A stretch of 64,000 nucleotides of DNA, from positions 1 through 64,000 of the forward strand of contig JASEGJ010000001.1 in assembly GCA_030018135.1 (NCBI GenBank), in the 5' to 3' direction. The position numbers and the translations under genes were made by a program. Of this stretch, positions 1 to 10,452 are shown in pieces. Within the stretch, counting starts at the first letter, position 1, and the number at the start of each line of letters is the position of its first letter. The stretch comes from Candidatus Hodarchaeaceae archaeon. GTDB taxonomy: Archaea; Hadarchaeota; Hadarchaeia; Hadarchaeales; Hadarchaeaceae. The notes under the pieces were generated by a model that did not search any database, was not told where the DNA came from, and saw only the letters and a program-made list of their open reading frames with translations.

Positions 1-571
1 TCAGCCTGTCCTTGATGGTTTCGAACAACCGCTCGATGTAGTTTCGACCTCCGCCAGAGAGCACGATGTGCTCAAGTCCGAGCCTTCGCGCCGGCCAGCG
101 ATACCAAGGGCCACCATCGCTGATGAGAACCGGCTTGCCCTCGCAACGCCGGAGGCAGCGTTTGAGGAACTGCAAAACATCGACCGACTCCTTGTACCTA
201 GAAATGTGCACCCCAACGATTTCGCGATTTTCTGGGTCTATCGCCGCAAAAACCCAAATTTGGCCTTCTCTTGTGCTGACGTTCGTTTCGTCGACGACGA
301 GAAACCTCCTTCGTCTTTTTGAAACAATGGATTCCCCGATTTCAGCACCCACCCGCTGGAACCAGTACCAGACCGCCGACTTCGCCACTTTAAGCCCAAG
401 ATCCCTCAGCAACCACGCCGTTTGCTCAAAGCTCGGCCCATGCAAGTAAAGGTAGCAGGCGAAGACCTTCGCCTCAAGCGGTTTCTTGTTTCTTTCAAAA
501 ACTTTTTCAGCTACTCCTCCAAGAGCATATGGGAGGAGGGCGGACAAGAACTCTTTGAGTTCCGGTTGCAT
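1..571 (-). CDS. IS6-family DDE transposase (runs off window start; missed by ORF track)
   Basis: Own translation from ATG at 571: MQPELKEFL...KSAVWYWFQR...FLVVDET...WVFAAIDPENREIV...ISDGGPWY...RNYIERLFETIKDRL, with DDE motifs typical of archaeal IS6. Confidence 0.9.
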   Translation of the reverse strand, partial: MQPELKEFLSALLPYALGGVAEKVFERNKKPLEAKVFACYLYLHGPSFEQTAWLLRDLGLKVAKSAVWYWFQRVGAEIGESIVSKRRRRFLVVDETNVSTREGQIWVFAAIDPENREIVGVHISRYKESVDVLQFLKRCLRRCEGKPVLISDGGPWYRWPARRLGLEHIVLSGGGRNYIERLFETIKDRL

Positions 572-670
572 GGATCAAACCTCCTTTGCATTGTTCACCC
601 CTCCTCCCGGTCAAATCTCCATTGACGATGGATTATGGTTCAAAAATTAAAGCCTTATTTGAACGGCACC
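1..670 (-). mobile_element. IS6-family insertion sequence, partial; candidate terminal IR at 655-670
   Basis: Transposase plus GGTGCCGTTCAAATAA (minus strand, 670-655), which resembles IS6-type GG-initiated IR ends; other end lies outside the window. Confidence 0.65.
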
Positions 671-752
671 CCTCGGGATTTAGCAAAGGGTTATATATGC
701 TCCCGCTTTACGAAATATGGCTATCGTGCTCATCGAGTGAGAGGGATGGAAC

Positions 753-1505
753 ATGGCTTTTGTACCACCTGGTGCAGGCTACGACAGGGCAATCACAGTC
801 TTCAGCCCTGACGGCAAGTTGTTCCAAGTTCAATACGCCCAGGAGGCGGTCAAGCGCGGTTTGACCGCCCTCGGCATCAAGGTCAACGAAGGCGTGGTTT
901 TGGCTGCGGAAAAGCGAGTTCGGAGCAAGCTGGTGGAGGAAGTGTCGATAGAGAAGATCTTCCAAGTAGACGAGCACATCGGGGCGGCCGCATCCGGCTT
1001 GATTGCGGACGCAAGGGTGTTGATCGACCATGCGCGCATTGAGGCTCAAATCAATCGCCTGCGCTATGACGAGCCCATCAGCGTGCAATCGCTGGCGAAG
1101 CGCATAGGCGACCTCAAACAGCTATACACCCAGCACGGCGGCGTGCGACCGTTCGGCGCAAGGTTGCTCATCGCAGGCGCCGATGCCGATGGTCCGCATT
1201 TATTCGAGACGGACCCGAGCGGCGTTGTTGCGGCTTACAAGGCTCAAGCGATAGGCGGCGGGGCGACGACGGTCACCGAAACTGTTGAGCGCCGATACGA
1301 GGAGGGGATGGGGCTGGACGACGCGATCCTGTTGGCACTGGAATCGCTGCGCGCGGTGGTCGAGGGCGAACTTGAGCCGGATAAGGTGGAGATGGCGATC
1401 ATCCCCGCGAAGACCAGAAAGTTTAGGAAGTTGACCCTGGACGAGATAGCCAAATACGTGCGGCAGCTCGGCCCCAAGGCTCCAGCCAAACCCGCCAAGG
1501 AGTAG
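753..1505 (+). CDS. psmA: Proteasome alpha subunit
   Basis: [21 protein letters not shown] signature. Confidence 0.98.
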   Translation: MAFVPPGAGYDRAITVFSPDGKLFQVQYAQEAVKRGLTALGIKVNEGVVLAAEKRVRSKLVEEVSIEKIFQVDEHIGAAASGLIADARVLIDHARIEAQINRLRYDEPISVQSLAKRIGDLKQLYTQHGGVRPFGARLLIAGADADGPHLFETDPSGVVAAYKAQAIGGGATTVTETVERRYEEGMGLDDAILLALESLRAVVEGELEPDKVEMAIIPAKTRKFRKLTLDEIAKYVRQLGPKAPAKPAKE

Positions 1506-1516
1506 CGGGATTACGT

Positions 1517-2209
1517 ATGGTCCGATTAGAGGATGCGGTAATTGCTAGGTTATCGAGCCATGGCACTACATTTGAAGTCCTCGTCGATCCGGAGCTCGCA
1601 TTGTCCTTGAGGTCCGGCCAGGGCGTCGATATGCGCAGCGTTCTGGTGATCGACAAGATCTTCAAGGATGCGAAGAAGGGCGACAAGGCATCAGACGAGA
1701 TGGTGCAGAAAACCTTCGGGACCACCGATGCGCTGAAGGTCGCGGGGGAAATAATCCGCCGGGGCGAGATTCAGATAACCACGGAGCAGCGCCGCAAGAT
1801 GCGGGAGGACCGGTTGAGGCAGGTCGTGGCGCTGATCTCGAGGAGGGCGATTAATCCCCAGACCGGCTTACCGCACCCGCCGGCGAGGATCGAGGGCGCG
1901 ATGGAAGAGGCCGGCGTACACATCGATGCCCTAAAGAGCGCGGAGGAGCAGCTCCCCGCGATCGTGAAGGCCTTACAGCCCATCCTGCCCCTAAAGTTTG
2001 AGGTTCGAAGGGTAGCCGTCAAGATACCCCCAACCTACACCGGCAAGGCTTGTAGGGTGGTAAGGGGGTTTGGAGCGGTCAAGCAGGAGCAATGGCTCGA
2101 TGATGGCTCGTGGGCTGCCGTCGTCGAGATCCCGGCCGGCGTGCAGGCGGAATTCTTCGACAGGCTCAATGAGCTGACGAGGGGCGAGGTGCAAACAAAG
2201 GTGCTTTAA
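1517..2209 (+). CDS. Ribosome maturation factor SBDS/Sdo1
   Basis: FEVLVDP...INPQTGLPHPPARIE motifs; exosome superoperon position. Confidence 0.95.
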   Translation: MVRLEDAVIARLSSHGTTFEVLVDPELALSLRSGQGVDMRSVLVIDKIFKDAKKGDKASDEMVQKTFGTTDALKVAGEIIRRGEIQITTEQRRKMREDRLRQVVALISRRAINPQTGLPHPPARIEGAMEEAGVHIDALKSAEEQLPAIVKALQPILPLKFEVRRVAVKIPPTYTGKACRVVRGFGAVKQEQWLDDGSWAAVVEIPAGVQAEFFDRLNELTRGEVQTKVL

Positions 2210-2905
2210 ATGCTGCACGTACAAAATCGTGAGTTAGTCATGCCCGGTCAACTGCTCGCGGAGGGCGGATACATAATTAATGAGGGGGCGTTTCGTGAGG
2301 GCGGCCGTGTTTATGCCTCCGTCGTCGGACTCGCTGACATACACGGGCAAAAAATCCGAGTCATCCCCCTGCGGGGGCGCTACATCCCCAAACATGGAGA
2401 CATTGTAATAGGCGTAGTCATAGACACCCATTACTCCGGCTGGATTTTGGACCTGAACTCACCCTACGTTGGCAACCTCTTCGTCTCGGACCTATTGCGC
2501 AGAAAAGTCGACCTCGTAAGGGAGGACATCGGTCAGTATTTAGGTATAGGGGATGTAGTGGTGGCAAAGATAAAGGACGTCAACGAACTCATGCGAGTTC
2601 AGCTTGAAGCGGGTGAGCCGAGCATGGGTAGGGTCGCTGGGGGTAAGCTGGTGGAGGTGGTGCCGACGAAGGTCCCGCGCATCATCGGGCGGAAGGGGTC
2701 AATGCTAAACGTGCTTCAAAGCGTGGGCGGGTGCCGGCTCACGGTGGGGCAGAACGGACGCGTGATGATATGGGGGGACGACCCGCGGAGGGTAAACGCC
2801 GTGATCGAGGCGTTGCTCATGATCGAGCGCGAGGCGCACACATCGGGCCTAACCGACCGGGTGCGCCTCATGCTGGAAAAAGTAAAATCGGAGGGAGGAG
2901 AGTAA
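2210..2905 (+). CDS. rrp4: Exosome RNA-binding subunit Rrp4
   Basis: YIPKHGDIVIG S1 domain and KVPRIIGRKGSM KH domain. Confidence 0.95.
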   Translation: MLHVQNRELVMPGQLLAEGGYIINEGAFREGGRVYASVVGLADIHGQKIRVIPLRGRYIPKHGDIVIGVVIDTHYSGWILDLNSPYVGNLFVSDLLRRKVDLVREDIGQYLGIGDVVVAKIKDVNELMRVQLEAGEPSMGRVAGGKLVEVVPTKVPRIIGRKGSMLNVLQSVGGCRLTVGQNGRVMIWGDDPRRVNAVIEALLMIEREAHTSGLTDRVRLMLEKVKSEGGE

Positions 2906-3631
2906 ATGGAGAAACCTGAAAAACTTATTGTAGACGGCAAACGGCTTGATGGCCGCGCGCCCGATGAGCTACGGCCCCTGAAGATACAGGCGGGGGTTTT
3001 GAAGCGGGCGGATGGCTCGGCTTACGTCGAGCTGGGTAAAAACAAGGTGCTCGCTGCAGTTTATGGGCCGAGGGAGATGCACCCGCGGCACCATCAGCAG
3101 CCGGATACTGCGGTGCTCAGATGTCGCTACAACATGGCGCCATTTTCGGTTGAGGAACGGAAGAGGCCGGGGCCGGACAGGCGCTCGGTGGAAATCTCCA
3201 AGGTAGCGAGGGAGGCGCTCGAACCGGTGGTTTTCCTCGAACTCTACCCGAGGTCCGCAATTGATATCTTCATAGAGATACTCCAAGCGGATGCGGGAAC
3301 GCGCACAACCGGGATAACCGCAGCTTCCGTTGCACTCGCGGACGCGGGCGTGCCGATGCGAGATCTCGTCTCGGCAGTCGCGGTCGGCAAGGTGGACGAC
3401 ACGATAGTGTTAGATCTAACGAAGGAGGAGGACCAATGGGGCACGACCGATATGCCGATAGCCTTGATGCCCAGAAAAAAACTCATAACGTTGCTGCAGA
3501 TGGATGGCCACTTCACACACGAGGAATTCAAGCGGGCCCTCGCCCTTGCATTTAACGGCTGCGAGCAAATTTATGAGGCGCAGAAACGAGCTCTAAGGGA
3601 GAAGTATTCGGTTAAACCTGAGGAGGAGTGA
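2906..3631 (+). CDS. rrp41: Exosome exonuclease Rrp41
   Basis: [32 protein letters not shown]. Confidence 0.97.
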   Translation: MEKPEKLIVDGKRLDGRAPDELRPLKIQAGVLKRADGSAYVELGKNKVLAAVYGPREMHPRHHQQPDTAVLRCRYNMAPFSVEERKRPGPDRRSVEISKVAREALEPVVFLELYPRSAIDIFIEILQADAGTRTTGITAASVALADAGVPMRDLVSAVAVGKVDDTIVLDLTKEEDQWGTTDMPIALMPRKKLITLLQMDGHFTHEEFKRALALAFNGCEQIYEAQKRALREKYSVKPEEE

Positions 3632-3635
3632 GCGA

Positions 3636-4400
3636 ATGTACGAAATAGTTTCAAGTGTCAAGCGCGACTACATCGTCGACCTCGCGCGCCAAGGAAAGCG
3701 CGTCGATGGGCGAGCTCTAGACCAGTGCCGGGATGTGTCGGTGGAAACCGGCCTGATAAAATCCGCTCAGGGTTCCGCGCTGGTAAAGCTCGGCAGCACC
3801 CAAGTATTGGCGGGCGTGAAGCTGGAGCGCGTCGAGCCGTTCCCCGACACCCCGCCCAGCGGCGTACTCATGGTAAACGCTGAATTGCTTCCGCTGGCCT
3901 CCCCGACGTTCGAGCCCGGACCACCCGACGAGAACGCCATCGAGCTGGCCAGGGTGGTTGATAGAGGCATACGCGAATCCGGGGCGATCGACATAGATAA
4001 GCTCGGGATAACCCCCGGCGAGGAGGTTTGGGCCGTATTTATTGATATTCACGTATTGGACCACGACGGCAACCTGATAGACGCCTCCGCGCTGGCGGCG
4101 ATAGCCGCGCTTTGGAGCATAAAAACCCCAAAGGTTGAGGGTTGGACGCTCCCGGAGTTTCCGATTGTAAAAAAGCCAGTGGCTATAACCATGGCCAAAA
4201 TCGACGAGAAGCTGATGGTCGACCCGTGTCTCAGTGAAGAAAACGTCATGGATGCACGGGCGACCGTAACGACGGTGGAGGATGGCAGCATCTGCGCGAT
4301 TCAAAAGGGCGGCGTGGGCTGTTTTACGCGTGAAGACCTCGAGGCCGCATACGAGCTAGCTCGAGCTAGGGCGGAGGATCTCCGAAAGCATATCGGGTGA
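3636..4400 (+). CDS. rrp42: Exosome subunit Rrp42
   Basis: ASPTFEPGPPDENAIELARVVDRGIRES. Confidence 0.97.
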   Translation: MYEIVSSVKRDYIVDLARQGKRVDGRALDQCRDVSVETGLIKSAQGSALVKLGSTQVLAGVKLERVEPFPDTPPSGVLMVNAELLPLASPTFEPGPPDENAIELARVVDRGIRESGAIDIDKLGITPGEEVWAVFIDIHVLDHDGNLIDASALAAIAALWSIKTPKVEGWTLPEFPIVKKPVAITMAKIDEKLMVDPCLSEENVMDARATVTTVEDGSICAIQKGGVGCFTREDLEAAYELARARAEDLRKHIG

Positions 4401-4404
4401 TCGC

Positions 4405-4680
4405 GTGGGGCGGACGAAGAAGGTTGGGCCTGCCGGCAGGTTTGGCCCGAGATACGGTACCAAGGTACGCAAACTCATAGCCGAGATAGAGCGCAAGCAA
4501 AAGCAGGCGTATGAGTGTCCAAGTTGTGGCGCGGTAAAAGTCAAGCGCTTGAGCATGGCCATCTGGCAGTGCCGCCGCTGCGGGACAAAATTTGCGGGTG
4601 GGGCGTATGCACCCTCCATGCTGGCGAGGAAGCCGGTTGAGGTCCCCGGCGAGAAAGGGCGGAGCGAGGGGATGGTCTAG
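4405..4680 (+). CDS. rpl37ae: 50S ribosomal protein L37Ae
   Basis: GRTKKVGPAGRFGPRYG, two CxxC. Confidence 0.97.
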   Translation: MGRTKKVGPAGRFGPRYGTKVRKLIAEIERKQKQAYECPSCGAVKVKRLSMAIWQCRRCGTKFAGGAYAPSMLARKPVEVPGEKGRSEGMV

Positions 4681-4812
4681 ATGTACAGGTGTAGCGGCTG
4701 CAATAGGACTTTCGAAAAGATTGAACAGGGATCCACCAAATGCCCGTTCTGCGGCTCGCGTGTTTTGTTTAAAATGCGCCCGGAGGTCGTCCGTAAAGTT
4801 AAGGCGAAGTAA
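4681..4812 (+). CDS. rpoP: RNA polymerase subunit P (Rpo12); below ORF track cut-off
   Basis: Own translation MYRCSGCNRTFEKIEQGSTKCPFCGSRVLFKMRPEVVRKVKAK; canonical position after L37Ae. Confidence 0.92.
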   Translation: MYRCSGCNRTFEKIEQGSTKCPFCGSRVLFKMRPEVVRKVKAK

Positions 4813-5322
4813 ATGTTGGTCACCACATCTAGGCGACCTAGTCATCGCGCGCGACTGCTCGGGAGGGAATTGATAAGGGTCCTGCCGAACGCCGAATATG
4901 TACCCCGTGGAATCAAGACCGTGAGAAGGCTTGCCTCGCTCGCCAGTTCAAAGGGCCATGAACTCGTCATGATCATCAATAGCCGCGAGGGACAGCCGCG
5001 AGAACTGCGTTTTTTAAACGCTTCCGTAGGTTGGAGGTGGTTTGATGCTCGAATCGAGTTGCGCGAAGTTGAACTTCGGGGGGACCTCGGTCGAAAAGTT
5101 AGACTCGCAGATGTGAGAATCGTCGCGGCCGACTCCGTCAGGGCGCAAAATCTCGCCCGCCTGTTGAGCAAACTCTGGGGCCTGCCATTGTCGGAGGGGC
5201 CATCCGGCAATGGGGCTGTTGTTTTAGTGACCTGCAACGACGGGCTCAAAGTTCAATTTCGGGCCCATCCGAAGGCTGAGTTAGTTGGGCCGGTGCTATA
5301 CGTAAAAAACTTTAGCGAGTGA
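4813..5322 (+). CDS. Brix-domain (Imp4-like) ribosome biogenesis protein
   Basis: MLVTTSRRPS..R N-terminus; synteny. Confidence 0.85.
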   Translation: MLVTTSRRPSHRARLLGRELIRVLPNAEYVPRGIKTVRRLASLASSKGHELVMIINSREGQPRELRFLNASVGWRWFDARIELREVELRGDLGRKVRLADVRIVAADSVRAQNLARLLSKLWGLPLSEGPSGNGAVVLVTCNDGLKVQFRAHPKAELVGPVLYVKNFSE

Positions 5323-5326
5323 TCCG

Positions 5327-5587
5327 ATGGTAAAGGCAAAAAGGGCGGGCGCGAGCATCGAGCTTGCCTTCGAGAGCGCTAAAGTTGCGGATGCCGTCCA
5401 TCGCTCCCTAAAACCGGAGGAACTCCTGCCTGAATCGGCGGGGTGCAAGGTCAGCATCACGCGCACGAAAAACGTTTTATGCTTGGAGATAGATGCAAAG
5501 GATACAACCGCCCTGCGCGCGGCCTTGAATTCATTCCTGCGTTGGGCAACGGTTGCACGGGATATGATCGAAACGAGGAGGGATTAA
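5327..5587 (+). CDS. pcc1: KEOPS complex subunit Pcc1
   Basis: I.AKDTTALRAALNSFLRW motif. Confidence 0.92.
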   Translation: MVKAKRAGASIELAFESAKVADAVHRSLKPEELLPESAGCKVSITRTKNVLCLEIDAKDTTALRAALNSFLRWATVARDMIETRRD

Positions 5588-5956
5588 TTGGAAGAATTGC
5601 CCCCGAGCCTGCGCCACCAGCTGGCGCAGTTCCAGCAGGTCCAGCAGCAGGCTCAAGCCCTGATGGCTCAAAAACAACAGCTTGAACTAGCCCTAAGGGA
5701 GACCGAGCGAGCACTTGAAGAGCTGGGGAAGTTGCAGGAAGGGGCGACGGTTTACAAGAGCGTCGGCGGGATTTTGATCAAGGCCGAACAGGCCAATCTA
5801 ACCAAGGAGCTAACCGAGCGTAAGGAAACGCTTGACCTAAGGATAAAGACCATCGAACGTCAAGAGGGGCGCGTCGTCGAACGCCTGAGGGAAATGCGAG
5901 AGAAGCTCCAAGAGGCGCTCAAGGCCAGGCAGCCCACCGGCGGCGAGGCCGGATAG
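5588..5956 (+). CDS. pfdB: Prefoldin beta subunit (TTG start)
   Basis: Coiled coils with VYKSVGGILIK hairpin. Confidence 0.95.
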   Translation: MEELPPSLRHQLAQFQQVQQQAQALMAQKQQLELALRETERALEELGKLQEGATVYKSVGGILIKAEQANLTKELTERKETLDLRIKTIERQEGRVVERLREMREKLQEALKARQPTGGEAG

Positions 5957-5977
5957 AAATTTTTCAATGGAATTTCC

Positions 5978-6958
5978 ATGAAGGAAATCGCGGGGTTTTT
6001 AGCGGATGCCTCCAGGCGCGGGCAGCGAATTCTGGTGCTCTGCCACCACAACGCCGACCCGGATGCGGTTGGCAGCTCGCTTGCGCTCGTTGATGCGCTC
6101 AATCAGCTAGGTGCACGGGCCCGAGCTGGCGTCTCCGAAAGCATCGGCCGCGTTGCCCGAAGCGTTCTGGATGCCATTGGGTTGGACATCCCCATCGACC
6201 CCCCGCTCGACGCCGACATCATCGTATTGGTAGATACATCTAGTTTAGAGCACCTCGGAAAGTTGGGAGAACAGGTAAAAGGGGTACAGGCTGAGCTAGT
6301 CGTCATCGATCACCACAAACCGGTCGAGGAAATGCAACGTCTGGCGAAGCTCTACCTCGTGTTGGAGGATCAAACTTCGCAGTCGGAGGTGGTACTGCAG
6401 TTGATCCGCGAGCTCGGCGCCGAACTAAAGCCGGAAATGGCATTTCTATTGCTGGCCGGCATAGTGAGCGACACCGGGCAATTCAGGCTTGCCAAGGAGG
6501 CGACGTTCGAGGCGGTCCATGCACTTGTCGAGGCTGGGGCCAATTACCGACGCGTGTTGGGGGCGCTGAAGTTGCCGGAGGACCTATCTAGACGCGTCGC
6601 GTTGCTAAAGGCCGCCCAGAGGCTGGAGCTGCATCACATCCGCGGGTGGATAGTTGTTCTATCCGAGGTGGGCTCTTTCGAGGCGGACGCGGCGGCGATG
6701 CTCATCAGGATAGGCGCGGATGTCGCATTGGTCGGGTCAGAGGACAAGGGAAAGATAAGGATATGCGCTCGCGCGAGGGAGGGATTGTGCGAGGAAACTC
6801 ACCTGAATTTAAGCGACTTAATGTCGGAGCTGGCAAAAAGCTTTTGCGGCGCTGGCGGGGGGCATGCGGGCGCGGCGAGCATGAATGGCGAGGGCAAGCT
6901 CGCCGAGGCAAAAAAGCAGGCGCTGCAGATGCTGCAGCGCATGTTGGAGCCAAAATAG
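5978..6958 (+). CDS. DHH/DHHA1 family phosphoesterase
   Basis: HHNADPDA, VDTS, IDHH, GGGH motifs. Confidence 0.9.
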   Translation: MKEIAGFLADASRRGQRILVLCHHNADPDAVGSSLALVDALNQLGARARAGVSESIGRVARSVLDAIGLDIPIDPPLDADIIVLVDTSSLEHLGKLGEQVKGVQAELVVIDHHKPVEEMQRLAKLYLVLEDQTSQSEVVLQLIRELGAELKPEMAFLLLAGIVSDTGQFRLAKEATFEAVHALVEAGANYRRVLGALKLPEDLSRRVALLKAAQRLELHHIRGWIVVLSEVGSFEADAAAMLIRIGADVALVGSEDKGKIRICARAREGLCEETHLNLSDLMSELAKSFCGAGGGHAGAASMNGEGKLAEAKKQALQMLQRMLEPK

Positions 6959-6974
6959 CCCATCGGTGGTGGAG

Positions 6975-7901
6975 GTGGCCATCCTTCCTCGGGATGTAGC
7001 GGACCTAGAGCGCAGCGGGTATCGCTTCGTCGGCGGGCATAAGCATGGGGCGGTAAAGATCTGCCATTGGACGAGGAAAAGCCTGCTGGATCGTGGGGTC
7101 TGTTATAAAGAGCAGTTCTACTGGCGGGAGCTGGGCGTGCGGAGCCACCGCTGCCTGCAGCTGACGCCGAGCCTGCCCTTCTGCGATCACAAATGCGTGT
7201 TTTGTTGGCGAAATGTTGAGGTGACCTACCCGAGCTGGGTCGGCGGGGTAGATGGGTCGGCTGAAATCCTGAGCGGCGCGGTTCAAGCGCAACGGCAGCT
7301 GTTGAGCGGGTTTAAGGGCAACCCGAACACGAACATGCGAAAGTGGGTGGAGGCACAGGAGCCGAAGCACTGCGCGATATCCCTCGCCGGGGAGCCGACC
7401 ATCTATCCGGAGGTGAGTGGGCTCATCGAGGAGTGTCGCAAATGTGGCATGACGAGCTTTTTGGTCACGAACGGACTGCACCCGGAGGTCTTAAGGGACA
7501 TGGCCGAGCCCACGCAACTCTACATTTCCGTTGTCGCCCCAGATAGGGAGACATATGAAATTGTTTGCAGGCCGCAGGTTCAAGGTGGTTGGAGGAAGTT
7601 GAACGAGAGCCTTGAACTCATGCCCTCCTTTTCGTGTCGCAAGGTCATCCGCCTTACAATGGTCAAGGGGTTAAATCTCAAGGACGCGGCGGGCTATACG
7701 AAGCTCATCGAGCGGGCCAAGTGCGACTACATCGAGGTAAAGGCTTACATGCATGTCGGCTTCGCGCGCGCGCGGCTTAGCTTGGAAAACATGCCAAGCC
7801 ATGGGGAGATCAAGGACTTCGCGGCGGAGCTGGCGGGGGAGGGCGGCTACGAGATCGTCGATGGATCTGAGCCAAGCCGGGTCGTATTACTAAAGCGTTG
7901 A
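6975..7901 (+). CDS. taw1: tRNA 4-demethylwyosine synthase Taw1/TYW1 (radical SAM); start approximate
   Basis: KICHWT, SHRCLQ, CDHKCVFCWR, AISLAGEPT, IEVKAYMHVG. Confidence 0.93.
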   Translation: MAILPRDVADLERSGYRFVGGHKHGAVKICHWTRKSLLDRGVCYKEQFYWRELGVRSHRCLQLTPSLPFCDHKCVFCWRNVEVTYPSWVGGVDGSAEILSGAVQAQRQLLSGFKGNPNTNMRKWVEAQEPKHCAISLAGEPTIYPEVSGLIEECRKCGMTSFLVTNGLHPEVLRDMAEPTQLYISVVAPDRETYEIVCRPQVQGGWRKLNESLELMPSFSCRKVIRLTMVKGLNLKDAAGYTKLIERAKCDYIEVKAYMHVGFARARLSLENMPSHGEIKDFAAELAGEGGYEIVDGSEPSRVVLLKR

Positions 7902-7944
7902 AAACAAAAAGAGAGGGAAGATGCCCCTCGGCGATGCCCTTTCC

Positions 7945-9057
7945 CTAGCCCCTCCGAGGCATCCTCTCCCTCCATCTTTGCCTTATGTTCTCCATAAATT
8001 GCTCGCGATGTTGGAGGATGTTTTCCCAGATTCCCTCCTCCATCAACTCGTGCTTCATGTTCTCCCACTGGTGCTTCCACTGGGTCCATTCCTCCTTGAA
8101 CTTCGGCTCCCACTCGCTTGCGCGTTCGAGGATTATCTTCGCGTTGAGCAGGTGCATCCTCGCGGCATGGATCAGGCCGAGCGCGTTTTGAGTGTTGTTA
8201 TCCTCATATGCCGCTGCAGCTTTGTCCCTGAGCTCGATCGCCACTTCGACTAGCCGCTCGGCCGCGCGCCTGCCGGGGGCATTTTCTGGTGCCCCCTCTA
8301 GCATCATTTCGACTTCCGACAGTAGTATCTCGAACTCACCTAGCGCGTTCTCGAAGCCAGCGGCCCAGTTCGGGGGCCTTATCGTATTTACCTTGGCCTC
8401 GACGTTCACCTTGATGTCCACGTCGACGAGCATGTTGTCGATGTCCAGGTACGCGAAAAATGGCTTGCGGATGCGCGCGCGATGGCGCTCCGCTATATTT
8501 TCGAGCCTCCCCATTATCAGGCGCAGGTGCGCCCTGATGTTTTCCCGCAGCTCGGGCGAGGCTGCTTGCCATCCCCGCACGTAGTTCTCGATCTCCCCGA
8601 TCTCGTCCTCGACCTCCCCTTGTACCTCGGGCAGGTCCGCCAGATCCTCCTTAAGCCTTTCGGCCAACTCCCGGCAGAGCCTTAACTGCACCAAGCCTAT
8701 CCCCGGCATCTGCTCCTGCATCCACCTCACCGCCTCCTTCCTTGCCTCGACGTCACCGGGCGCGACCTCGTGCATCCTCGTCACGAACTCCTCTAGGATT
8801 CGCTTGTACTCGAGGCCTTTCCCGCGCTCAGCCAAGCGGGCGTACTCGCCCCAGCGCTCCCTCATCTGATCCTCGGTGTTAATCCTTCTGATTCGCTCGC
8901 CGAGTCGCTCGAGCCCGTAGAGTGGGTGATCGGGGTCGACATCTATTGCATCAACCGCCACCGGCACCGCCGTCGTCACACCAGCCGATACGGCGATTAT
9001 CGTTATCACCGCCACCGCTGCAATCCCTCTTTGATCCAACCTTCTCATTTTCCTCAC
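7945..9057 (-). CDS. Exported or membrane-anchored helical protein, DUF5667-like
   Basis: Basic N-terminus, DQRG, hydrophobic stretch, then PDHPLYGLERLGE (P..PLY.L.R..E motif). Confidence 0.55.
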   Translation of the reverse strand: MRKMRRLDQRGIAAVAVITIIAVSAGVTTAVPVAVDAIDVDPDHPLYGLERLGERIRRINTEDQMRERWGEYARLAERGKGLEYKRILEEFVTRMHEVAPGDVEARKEAVRWMQEQMPGIGLVQLRLCRELAERLKEDLADLPEVQGEVEDEIGEIENYVRGWQAASPELRENIRAHLRLIMGRLENIAERHRARIRKPFFAYLDIDNMLVDVDIKVNVEAKVNTIRPPNWAAGFENALGEFEILLSEVEMMLEGAPENAPGRRAAERLVEVAIELRDKAAAAYEDNNTQNALGLIHAARMHLLNAKIILERASEWEPKFKEEWTQWKHQWENMKHELMEEGIWENILQHREQFMENIRQRWRERMPRRG

Positions 9058-9331
9058 CTTTTTTGTTCGGGTTCAGCTCCCCGCGCCGCCCCTATCGCGC
9101 GCGCGGCTCATCGATTCCACTTAAACCTCGGGTTGAAGGGGTACTTAAAAAATCTCTAAAAACCGTCCATTTTTCCATATTTTAAAGTCTTTTTTGGCTG
9201 TATTTTTTAAAAACTTAGTTTTTTAATACTCCAATTCGTTCATATTCGGGTTATTCCAAATATTTATGTGATAACTGCTTTTTATTTACTTTCTCGAAAC
9301 GCTTTTATCAGCGCTCGCCATATGGCATTTT

Positions 9332-9766
9332 ATGACCCTTCGCGAGGCGTTCGGCTTGGTTGCGCTGGTCGTGGTGCTCCAACTTTGCCTAGGTATTTTG
9401 ATTTACGGGCCGCTCAAACCCGCACCGGGACTGGAGCTGTACTCAATCATCGTCGCGGTGCTCGTGATGGCCGCCGTTTCCAGCTCGATCGTCGTCGCTT
9501 TGTACGCCGTCTTCAGCCGCTACGCCGCGGAGCGCGCGGTGAGGGTTGCGATGATGACCCTGACGGAGGACGAAAGAAAGGTGCTTGAGCTGATAATGCG
9601 GTCCGGCAGCGAGGTTCGCCAAGATCAACTCAGACGGCAGTTGGACTTTTCGAAGTCGAAGCTCAGCGCCCTCATCAACAACCTCGAGCGAAAGGGCGCA
9701 ATAACAAAGATGCGATATCATAAGACCAACGTGCTCAAGCCGACGAAGGAGTTCGCTGGCTGTTGA
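9332..9766 (+). CDS. Membrane-anchored HTH protein (COG2512-like)
   Basis: Two TM helices then LTEDERKVL...Q..L...FSKSKLS..I..LERKG wHTH. Confidence 0.8.
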   Translation: MTLREAFGLVALVVVLQLCLGILIYGPLKPAPGLELYSIIVAVLVMAAVSSSIVVALYAVFSRYAAERAVRVAMMTLTEDERKVLELIMRSGSEVRQDQLRRQLDFSKSKLSALINNLERKGAITKMRYHKTNVLKPTKEFAGC

Positions 9767-9828
9767 GGTCCGGCCGCTTCGGAGGAATGACACGTTTTTT
9801 GAACATGAAGCGATGAATTAATGGGGAT

Positions 9829-10452
9829 TTGATGAAGAAAATCGTGGAACGGATGCGTCGCCACTTTGACGCCCAAGAGAAGCTGCGCGAACAGGTGCTC
9901 GAAAATTCGCGGCAAGTGGTTAGGCTTTCCGCTCGGGCGATAACCGCGATGCACCGCGGTGATTCAGCCACAGTTAAGGAAATGATTAGCCAGGCTAAGG
10001 AGGGCATCGCTACCCTGGCGGAAGCCGTTAAAGCCGAACCCCACCTCGCAGATTCCGGCACGATCTTGGCGGCCTATCAGGAATACTGCGAAGCCGTTTT
10101 GATGCGCGCGTTAATCGAGGAGGGGAAGATGCCCGAGCCGGAGGAGATGGGCGTCCCGTACAAGCCCTACCTCGCCGCCCTCGCGGACGCGGCGGGCGAA
10201 CTCAGGCGCCGCGCACTCGACCTAATCAGGGGCGACGAGGTCGATGCGGCGGAGCGCATGCTTAAGCTGATGGAGGACATCCTCGAGCTGCTGATGGAGT
10301 TCGACTACCCCGATGCCATCTTGCCCGGCATGAAGCGCAGGCAGGATATGGTCAGGCATGTGGTCGAGAAGACGCGGGGGGATCTAACGACCGCGATAAG
10401 GCAGCAGAAGCTGGAAAGCGCCCTGAGGCGCTCCGAGCGGGCGAGGAAATGA
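9829..10452 (+). CDS. Translin-family RNA-binding protein
   Basis: RE..L..SR, AYQEYCEA, YLAALADAAGELRR. Confidence 0.88.
   Translation: MMKKIVERMRRHFDAQEKLREQVLENSRQVVRLSARAITAMHRGDSATVKEMISQAKEGIATLAEAVKAEPHLADSGTILAAYQEYCEAVLMRALIEEGKMPEPEEMGVPYKPYLAALADAAGELRRRALDLIRGDEVDAAERMLKLMEDILELLMEFDYPDAILPGMKRRQDMVRHVVEKTRGDLTTAIRQQKLESALRRSERARK

Noticed and set aside
1-625. Plus-strand ORFs in the ORF track (66-449, 68-322, 422-625)
   Set aside because: Antisense to the IS6 transposase.
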